A stretch of DNA of 64,000 bases from a virus. Of the stretch, positions 57,826 to 64,000 are shown in pieces. The DNA lies in IMG/VR virus record IMGVR_UViG_3300032334_000315, positions 90,690-154,689 of that record; one strand, given 5' to 3'. Numbering within the stretch: the stretch's first letter is position 1; each line of letters starts with the position of its first letter. The position numbers were made by a program, and so were the translations under genes. The notes below the pieces were generated by a model. It was not told the origin of the DNA. It was given only the letters and a program-made list of their open reading frames with translations, and made no database searches.

Positions 57826-58349
57826 GTGAACCACTCTGGTGTAGGCCGATTCGTCCATTTTGCGAACCGCGCTTTATGATTTATATAGTATGTGCGATAG
57901 CCGTCAATAGGATCAGGGCGCTTGCAGTCGTCGGGCATAGCTTGTGGAAATTCATAGACTGGGCCATTCTTCATACCGTTAGGCTTATGGTGCAAAGTCT
58001 TCCACAACATTTCGCATTTGTGAACCTTGTTATACCGATAGCGGTACTCATTGAGCAATGCACGGAACAACATAACAGCCCACACATAGTTATCAGAGGA
58101 CTGCATAGCCCACTGCGTACATGGATGACCAACATGGGTAGCTTTGTATAGTGAAATCTCGCGGTCATCGTTCAAACGCCACCGCTTGATCTTACGACCA
58201 GACGATGCGTCAACATATTCGTCGCCGTCAATGATCCGATGGACCGTAGAAAGCATCTGTGCTTCCTCGAGAATCATCTTGACCACATGCTTGTCGCAAT
58301 GATACTCAGCCGCCTTGACTGGATTCTGGTCTAGGATAAACCGATTCAT
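57810..58349 (-). CDS. Pyrimidine dimer DNA glycosylase / endonuclease V-like protein
   Basis: MNRFILD..P..AA..HCDKHVVKMILEEAQMLST, YKATH.GHPCT.W, EYRYRY.KVH, PQAMPD. Confidence 0.8.
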   Translation of the reverse strand: MNRFILDQNPVKAAEYHCDKHVVKMILEEAQMLSTVHRIIDGDEYVDASSGRKIKRWRLNDDREISLYKATHVGHPCTQWAMQSSDNYVWAVMLFRALLNEYRYRYNKVHKCEMLWKTLHHKPNGMKNGPVYEFPQAMPDDCKRPDPIDGYRTYYINHKARFAKWTNRPTPEWFTCSSS

Positions 58350-58571
58350 TCACTTTCCAATCTTGCTCATTGTTTTTCTGCCGATGGTTTCGTTCACTCT
58401 CGCCCTGACATAGGCATTTTCCCAAGTCCAGGATTCGCCTGTATCATCTTGGAAACACACCCACATCAGGTCATTCTCTACGCCATAGTCAATGATTAAA
58501 TGTGCCATAGCTCTACCCTTTGGTGTCATCAAAGGGATAGGTGGGTTAAGTTGTGTTATGGTATTGCTCAT
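58350..58571 (-). CDS. Hypothetical protein
   Basis: QLNPPIPLMTPKG.AMAH.IIDYG.E.DL.WV. Confidence 0.6.
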   Translation of the reverse strand: MSNTITQLNPPIPLMTPKGRAMAHLIIDYGVENDLMWVCFQDDTGESWTWENAYVRARVNETIGRKTMSKIGK

Positions 58572-58768
58572 ACCTTTGTCGCCTTTAATTTAATACCATT
58601 TTCTGAGCGTTCTTCGTTGATTCTATACCAATTGCCATTGACCTTCTCATACCATTGCATGGCACAAGGGCAATCTGGATCACCATCTCTTGGACCAAGA
58701 CATCCACAGGCAGAAATATATGGTCTTGGCTTACTTAAATGTTGTTTAATTGCAATTTCCTCGTTCAT
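58568..58768 (-). CDS. Small Cys-rich hypothetical protein
   Basis: ACGCLGP...CPCAM. Confidence 0.55.
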   Translation of the reverse strand: MNEEIAIKQHLSKPRPYISACGCLGPRDGDPDCPCAMQWYEKVNGNWYRINEERSENGIKLKATKV

Positions 58769-58945
58769 CCTTTAATTCCCATCATATAAGTTTCCTACTG
58801 GGTATAATTAACAACCAAGGTCTTGGCTTTCTCTTAATATCTTCTAGTGTAACTTTTAAGCAGCCTCTACGATAATAGTTACGATATCTATTCGTAATTG
58901 ATATTACTGGTTGAAATGTATCTTGATTGATTCCAGCTTGCTGTT

Positions 58946-59392
58946 TCATACCTTCACTCCTAGATATTCTGCAATGCGGTGTGTCAATGAAGTCTGATTG
59001 GCTTCAGCTTGCCGAGCAGCACGCCGTTCAAAGTACATACGCATTTTAGCCACTTCTGTGATTGATTTCATGTTGCGAATATCGGGATCAATATCATTGA
59101 ACCTGACACCTGAAAATCCCATACGCCAATCTTTCATTTCATCCGTAACTCTCTGAGCTATCCACTTAGCCGGATCGCTAGTGATTGAGGATAGCTGTTC
59201 CTGCATTTCTTTGACATACCCACTGGTATCTTTTACCATAGGAGTAGCATCTACATATGATTTATTGTCAATCCAATAGCTATCTTGAGTAGAAGGAACA
59301 GGATTATCAAAGCCACGACTACCAACGGCTGTACCAGCAACAGCACCAATACCGAGAAAGGATAGCATACTACGTCTGTTCATCGTTGTCAA
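58946..59392 (-). CDS. Hypothetical protein with a twin-arginine-like N-terminus
   Basis: MNRRSMLSFLGIGAVAG. Confidence 0.55.
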   Translation of the reverse strand: MTTMNRRSMLSFLGIGAVAGTAVGSRGFDNPVPSTQDSYWIDNKSYVDATPMVKDTSGYVKEMQEQLSSITSDPAKWIAQRVTDEMKDWRMGFSGVRFNDIDPDIRNMKSITEVAKMRMYFERRAARQAEANQTSLTHRIAEYLGVKV

Positions 59393-59512
59393 CCTCTAAT
59401 ATAGCATAGACGATAGGCACAATCTTGCGATATGTCCAACGCTCTGGTTCTTCGAAACGAATAATTGGCAACAGATCGTCTTCATCGTGAAGATAACATA
59501 ACCAAGCAAGTT

Positions 59513-60214
59513 TCACTTTCTATCTCCCAACAACTGAAGCAGGTTCACAAAGATATTGATGAAGTCTAGGTAAAGATTGAGAGCGCCAAAGATACCAGCC
59601 TTGCGGATTTCTTCATCATCATTTAGTTCATAGTACTTCTCTTTGATATCCTGCATGTCATATGCGGTGAAGCCAACAAAGATAAGCACACCGATGACAC
59701 TGATGGCAAAGGCCATAACGCTACTCTGTAGAAACAGATTGACAACGCCAGCAATCATCAAACCAATAGCGCCCATCATGAGGAATGATCCCATGCTACT
59801 AAGGTCACGTTTGGTAGTGTAGCCGTACAATGCAGTAGCACCAAATGTTGCAGCACTAATGAAGAACACATTAGCAATGCTGCCCAACTTGAATATCATA
59901 AAGATGCTACTAAGGCTCAAGCCCATCAAAGCAGAGAAACAATAGAGCATCGTCCTTGCTGTGCTTGATGACATACTATCTGCCATGTACGAGAACAGGA
60001 ACACGAATGCAAGAGGCGCAAAGATAGCGACCCACTTGAACGGTGTCCCCCAAATAGCTGCACCAATCTCAGGTGACAGACCAATGTATGCGCTAACGAC
60101 AGCACTGATTAGCAATGCGATTCCCATGTGATTGAACACACCAACAAGATATGTTCTCAGACCCCAATCAACGACTGGTGCTGGATATGCGTGTGATTCG
60201 TTTTGATAAGACAT
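59513..60214 (-). CDS. Bax inhibitor-1 / YccA family membrane protein
   Basis: About seven TM helices; YGYTTKRDLS.MGSFL, TAYDMQ.IK, GALNLYLDFINIF. Confidence 0.9.
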   Translation of the reverse strand: MSYQNESHAYPAPVVDWGLRTYLVGVFNHMGIALLISAVVSAYIGLSPEIGAAIWGTPFKWVAIFAPLAFVFLFSYMADSMSSSTARTMLYCFSALMGLSLSSIFMIFKLGSIANVFFISAATFGATALYGYTTKRDLSSMGSFLMMGAIGLMIAGVVNLFLQSSVMAFAISVIGVLIFVGFTAYDMQDIKEKYYELNDDEEIRKAGIFGALNLYLDFINIFVNLLQLLGDRK

Positions 60215-60217
60215 GCC

Positions 60218-60478
60218 TTACTCCTTTTCTAGCTCATTTATGCGAGCAGCGGCTTTATTGAAAGCATGGAAATATAACTTAAATTGGCTTTCCAGCTTCT
60301 CGATGCGCTTCTCTTTGTCTGCGATGGTCTGCTTCATTTCCATGATGCCGCCAGGACCAGATTCGAGTCGCTCGTTTTTTTCATTGAGATTTTTGATTGC
60401 TTCTCTGAGAGTACCCAGAGCAAGAATCAAATCGTTGAATCGGTCATCGCTCAGATGTGGTGCGTCTTCTCTGTTCAT
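60218..60478 (-). CDS. Coiled-coil hypothetical protein
   Basis: Packed ORF. Confidence 0.55.
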   Translation of the reverse strand: MNREDAPHLSDDRFNDLILALGTLREAIKNLNEKNERLESGPGGIMEMKQTIADKEKRIEKLESQFKLYFHAFNKAAARINELEKE

Positions 60479-60696
60479 TTCTCATCATCTCCTGGATGAA
60501 TGGTAAGTGTAGCTTCTCTTAGTCTGTAACCTCTGTCATGCCATCTCTGTATACGGGTAGGGCGTTCGATATCATGTACCTCGTGCCCAAGCTTTCTATA
60601 CCACGCTTCACCAGCAGTAGGTGCAAATGTCCAGTACCCAAGTTTCCAATCTGGATCACCGGGCGGAACAATCACGAAACCTTTGATTTCCTTCAT
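60475..60696 (-). CDS. Hypothetical protein
   Basis: ORF track 60475..60759; probable start MKEIKGF just after the phosphoesterase stop. Confidence 0.5.
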   Translation of the reverse strand: MKEIKGFVIVPPGDPDWKLGYWTFAPTAGEAWYRKLGHEVHDIERPTRIQRWHDRGYRLREATLTIHPGDDEK

Positions 60697-60697
60697 A

Positions 60698-61378
60698 TCA
60701 AATCTCCACAATCTTCGGAGCATAACGCCAGTAATCGTCACGCTCATTCTTGTAGCCACGCGGGTGACAGATCACGCGAGTATCACCAATCATATAGTCA
60801 AAATCATCGTGCGTGTGCCCGTGAATCCAAAGCTTAGGTGGCTTTTTCATATTGAGAATCTGTTTCTCAAGATTATTGGCAAAGCACACATTATGTGGAT
60901 CACTCATATATCTTTCATGCACCGACCGCATCGTGGGTGCGTGATGGCTCACAATGATATCTGCATCCATACCAAACAGAAAATGCTTGTGCATCTCGTG
61001 GGCCTCAATCATAGCCTCGTGTGTGAGGTCTGAGATATAGTAGCAATCAATCAGGCCTTTCTTGTAGGTGTACCACGCCAGATTGTCCTGTAGGTCTGTC
61101 CATAGAGTAGCACCAGCAATGCGAACACCATTGACCTCGCGCAGGATCGTGTGGTACTTGGCATCCGAGAATGTGTTGCCATAGTAATCATGGTTGCCAT
61201 GGATAGACAACATGTGGTCATAATGCTTTTGGTTAAATCGTGCGCGGGCATCATTGTCCTCACAGATATCACCAGCGCAGATATAGAACACATCGGCTTC
61301 AGGCGCAAAGTCCCAAGGTGTCTCTTCGGTCAGTACCGTCTTGTACATATGCAAATCGGACATGATGCCAATCTTCAT
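60698..61378 (-). CDS. Calcineurin-like metallophosphoesterase
   Basis: SDLH, AGD, GNHD, SHHAP, WIHGHTH. Confidence 0.9.
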   Translation of the reverse strand: MKIGIMSDLHMYKTVLTEETPWDFAPEADVFYICAGDICEDNDARARFNQKHYDHMLSIHGNHDYYGNTFSDAKYHTILREVNGVRIAGATLWTDLQDNLAWYTYKKGLIDCYYISDLTHEAMIEAHEMHKHFLFGMDADIIVSHHAPTMRSVHERYMSDPHNVCFANNLEKQILNMKKPPKLWIHGHTHDDFDYMIGDTRVICHPRGYKNERDDYWRYAPKIVEI

Positions 61379-61404
61379 AGCTGCTCTCCTCTCATCATAG
61401 GTGT

Positions 61405-61433
61405 ATTATATAAGCTTAATGGTCAAATGTCAA
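61405..61433 (-). promoter_or_regulatory. Perfect sigma70-type early promoter
   Basis: TTGACA-17 nt-TATAAT upstream of the phosphoesterase, followed by an AGGAG RBS. Confidence 0.85.
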
Positions 61434-61436
61434 CCA

Positions 61437-61595
61437 CTACCAATGTCGGATCACGCCAGCCACGATGAAACAGTTGGTCATAATGTATGAGATAATAATA
61501 AGAGAGCGGATCAGAGCTACCCGATCCGCTTCCTTATCATCGCTACCAGCTTTCTCACCGAGGGCTTTGGCCCAGATGCGCCATAGCTTAGCCAA
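61437..61595 (-). CDS. Small membrane protein
   Basis: Manual translation LWRIWAKALGEKAG.DDKEADRVALIRSLIIISYIMTNCFIVAGVIRHW; TTG start uncertain. Confidence 0.55.
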   Translation of the reverse strand: MAKLWRIWAKALGEKAGSDDKEADRVALIRSLIIISYIMTNCFIVAGVIRHW

Positions 61596-61684
61596 GACGC
61601 TCGTTCCAATACTCTACAACATCAGCCCAGGTATCCGGATCATAGCCATTCTGGTGCATGTCCACACGTACCAACATTTCAAGG

Positions 61685-62317
61685 TCACTTCGCATTATAG
61701 AATTCCTTTGCATAGTCCGAATCATTAACATCACGTTGCAGCTTCATTGCGACAACGTATCTTGGTTGCCAGCATCGTCTATCAACAGGCATACCTCTGT
61801 GTGGTATGTGAGCTGGAAAAATGATTAGACGATTTGGCTTATATGACACATATCTAATCGCATCCATTTTTCCATTCTCATCCTTTTCGTAGAAGCATGT
61901 GCCGCCTTCCCACTCAGGATCCCATTCTGTGCATGGATAATATATCGCGGTATAATCACCATCGTCTACATGGATATATGCATTCGTTCCATATGGATTG
62001 CAGTTAGCATATAAGCGCAAAATATCAAACTTACCTAGATGCTCAGCAAAAAGGTCAGATGCTTTGGCCCACAGAGAAATGATACTTGGATGCCTACTGT
62101 TTAGGTCGGACAACTGCTCTACCGTCATTGCAGGCATATTTTGTTGTGCTTGGAAAAAAGTAAAGTTCCAATGCCAAACATCGGACATATCTGGTCGCCT
62201 ATTAGTAGACGACCAGCGATTTGTCCACGACAAATTTTTCATATGTGCGAATAGATCCTCATGCTCTTTGATTGAAAGAACATCATCGAACACAAAAAAT
62301 TTGTCGTTAGCCATCAA
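61685..62317 (-). CDS. 2OG-Fe(II) oxygenase
   Basis: HVDD, WEGGTCF, PNRLIIFPAHIPHRG, RYVVAMK. Confidence 0.8.
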   Translation of the reverse strand: MMANDKFFVFDDVLSIKEHEDLFAHMKNLSWTNRWSSTNRRPDMSDVWHWNFTFFQAQQNMPAMTVEQLSDLNSRHPSIISLWAKASDLFAEHLGKFDILRLYANCNPYGTNAYIHVDDGDYTAIYYPCTEWDPEWEGGTCFYEKDENGKMDAIRYVSYKPNRLIIFPAHIPHRGMPVDRRCWQPRYVVAMKLQRDVNDSDYAKEFYNAK

Positions 62318-62523
62318 AAATCATTCTCCGTCTTGAACTCGACCGTATCAACGTATGTATATCCAGCAGCACGAAGGAATTGCGCGAATTGGGCACACAT
62401 TGTCGTTACGGTAGCATCGGTACCATCAAACGAAAGCGTGGTAATGTTATCAGGATACTGCTCGTCCGAAGAACCAACAGTCTCGGTGGTAAAGGTAACA
62501 GTCGTCTTCACGGTATCAGTCAT
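62314..62523 (-). CDS. Hypothetical protein
   Basis: Packed ORF containing FAQFLRAAGY. Confidence 0.55.
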   Translation of the reverse strand: MTDTVKTTVTFTTETVGSSDEQYPDNITTLSFDGTDATVTTMCAQFAQFLRAAGYTYVDTVEFKTENDF

Positions 62524-62524
62524 T

Positions 62525-62995
62525 TTACTTATCCTTCATATGGGTATAACAGGTATGACGGTATCCGCCGTCTTCGGTAGGCCAGCCACAGCTGGTAACT
62601 TCATAGCATCCTGGCTCGTCACAACAATTCAGGACTTCTTTCAACTCGTGGAAATGATATTCGCGCATATCTTCGCGACCCTTTTCGAATGCGCCTTTGA
62701 GCATACGCCTAGCATTTGGCAAAGCCTCAGCATCAAACTCATTGCTGATGAATAGCCCATCACTACACAATGGCGCATAAGCATCAGGTCCAAAGCCAAG
62801 ACGATCATAAATCAGATGGCGATAAGAACCGCCTTCTGCGCCATGAGCCGCAATGTGTTTGAACACCCACTTAGTCACCGCGAGCTTCATATCATAGTCG
62901 CAGGTTTCTGCGAGTTTGTCAAGATCATTTTCACGTTCAGCCATTGCTTCACCTATCTTTGCGAAAGCTTCCCACATATCATCTTTATCGTTCAT
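62525..62995 (-). CDS. Hypothetical protein with a C-terminal Cys/His motif
   Basis: GGSYRHLIYDRLGF; CCDEPGC...CGW...TCYTH. Confidence 0.6.
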   Translation of the reverse strand: MNDKDDMWEAFAKIGEAMAERENDLDKLAETCDYDMKLAVTKWVFKHIAAHGAEGGSYRHLIYDRLGFGPDAYAPLCSDGLFISNEFDAEALPNARRMLKGAFEKGREDMREYHFHELKEVLNCCDEPGCYEVTSCGWPTEDGGYRHTCYTHMKDK

Positions 62996-63201
62996 TGTAT
63001 GATATCCACTATTCTGCTGGTCTGTTCATCCACTATACGGATGCGAGCGGCTCTGTTTGGTCGCGAGAACCTCGATTTAGCGGCATATCCACGAGGCACA
63101 TATGTCTGAGGATCATTCTGAACAGAACCTTCACATGTTGCCCAATTTACAACAACAGAACCAGCAAGATCCACCAACATATATTCAATGCGGACTGTCA
63201 T
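62992..63201 (-). CDS. Hypothetical protein
   Basis: Packed ORF. Confidence 0.5.
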   Translation of the reverse strand: MTVRIEYMLVDLAGSVVVNWATCEGSVQNDPQTYVPRGYAAKSRFSRPNRAARIRIVDEQTSRIVDIIQ

Positions 63202-63202
63202 A

Positions 63203-63487
63203 TCAAAACTCCTTCCATATGTAGCTTGAGTTTTTGGTCTTGAACTTTACGGTCCAGAAACCTTCATCATTTACCGACTCTTCAGTGATCTCGGTAATCG
63301 GTGTGGTCTGCCAATAGTCTTGCGCTGCATATGTACGCCCATACGGTGAGCCGACGCGGACACCAAAGCCAACCATAGGATAGTCGGCATTCTTTACAGC
63401 CGTGCCGCTTTCGGCATCGAGGATTTCACACATAGGCCCGGAGTCACCAGCACCATCTTTGTCACGCACCAACGAATATCTAGGCAT
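63203..63487 (-). CDS. Hypothetical protein
   Basis: Probable start MPRYSLVRDKD at the TGATG overlap; YWQTTPITEI...FKTKNSSY. Confidence 0.6.
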   Translation of the reverse strand: MPRYSLVRDKDGAGDSGPMCEILDAESGTAVKNADYPMVGFGVRVGSPYGRTYAAQDYWQTTPITEITEESVNDEGFWTVKFKTKNSSYIWKEF

Positions 63488-63864
63488 CAGTCTAATCCAA
63501 AATGATCTTTGATTGCTACCGACACAGGAAATGTCCTGCACTTATATTGCGAGTCATCAGCGAGTGTGATACACTCCTCAGCGACCAACTTGATAAGCTT
63601 CATAACATCATCGGAAATATCCACGCCTTCGCGCCAGCGAGAAAGCACTTCATCTCCATCAACGCTAAACCCTGCTTGGGTAATGATCTCGTGTAAACGC
63701 TCTTCGGTAATCAACGGTTCTCTCCTTGGACCCCATGGTGAAAAATCTTCATACTCACCATCATCAAGTGGATTATATCCTCCGAATGGCATCACTTTTC
63801 CTTCTTGAACATACTGAGGATCATCAGCCACATCCACAGAATGGCTGCAACTGCCATGGAACAT
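63487..63864 (-). CDS. Hypothetical protein
   Basis: Packed ORF; start uncertain. Confidence 0.5.
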   Translation of the reverse strand: MFHGSCSHSVDVADDPQYVQEGKVMPFGGYNPLDDGEYEDFSPWGPRREPLITEERLHEIITQAGFSVDGDEVLSRWREGVDISDDVMKLIKLVAEECITLADDSQYKCRTFPVSVAIKDHFGLD

Positions 63865-64000
63865 AGTAGCACGCCAACGAGGATACCGAGAATAGCCATC
63901 ATTTGCATTCCCTTATATGCTTGCAGTCTTTACGGAAACCAAAACCAACACAGGTGCAGCTCCAGTGCGAACCATCACAGGTAACAGTGTATGACGAGCC

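Noticed and set aside
1-64000. Prophage or bacterial chromosome origin, alternative genetic code, introns or homing endonucleases
   Set aside because: No integrase, att site, HNH/GIY-YIG motif or interrupted core gene was seen other than the gp5 split; host-like genes are interleaved with T4 core genes and late promoters; genes read through under the standard code

Overview
This window is a 64 kb segment of a large T4-like myovirus (Tevenvirinae/Kyanoviridae-type gene order). Its host is very probably an alphaproteobacterium, judged from the two-piece tmRNA with an ANDN-type tag. In order it contains: neck genes gp14/gp13; an AT-rich accessory island (1.1-10.8 kb) with three orphan TctC/Bug-like periplasmic binding proteins, four SGGxDS PP-loop proteins, two 2OG-Fe(II) oxygenases and a sterol-desaturase-like protein; a gp38-like Gly-rich adhesin, a fibre, and a VrlC/DUF4815 protein; baseplate genes gp8, gp7, gp6, gp25, a gp5 split into separate N- and C-terminal genes, gp27-like, gp53 and gp48; gp4, gp2, gp54, gp26/gp51 and two tape-measure-like genes, one with two peptidoglycan hydrolase domains; gp32, gp59, gp33, kdsA, tRNA-Gln, a circularly permuted tmRNA, an exonuclease and phoH; a late-promoter-driven csgF-csgG-curlin-FecR-mini-curlin-CHASE2 adenylate cyclase operon converging on two small membrane-protein paralogues; then thyX, a DenV-like protein, a YccA/BI-1 protein, a metallophosphoesterase and small early genes. 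The best candidates for a poorly described system are (i) the curli-secretion plus FecR plus CHASE2-cyclase operon, read as trans-envelope signalling, and (ii) the mirror-image PP-loop enzyme / TctC-like binding-protein pairs. All product calls come from motif recognition and synteny; no database searches were run.
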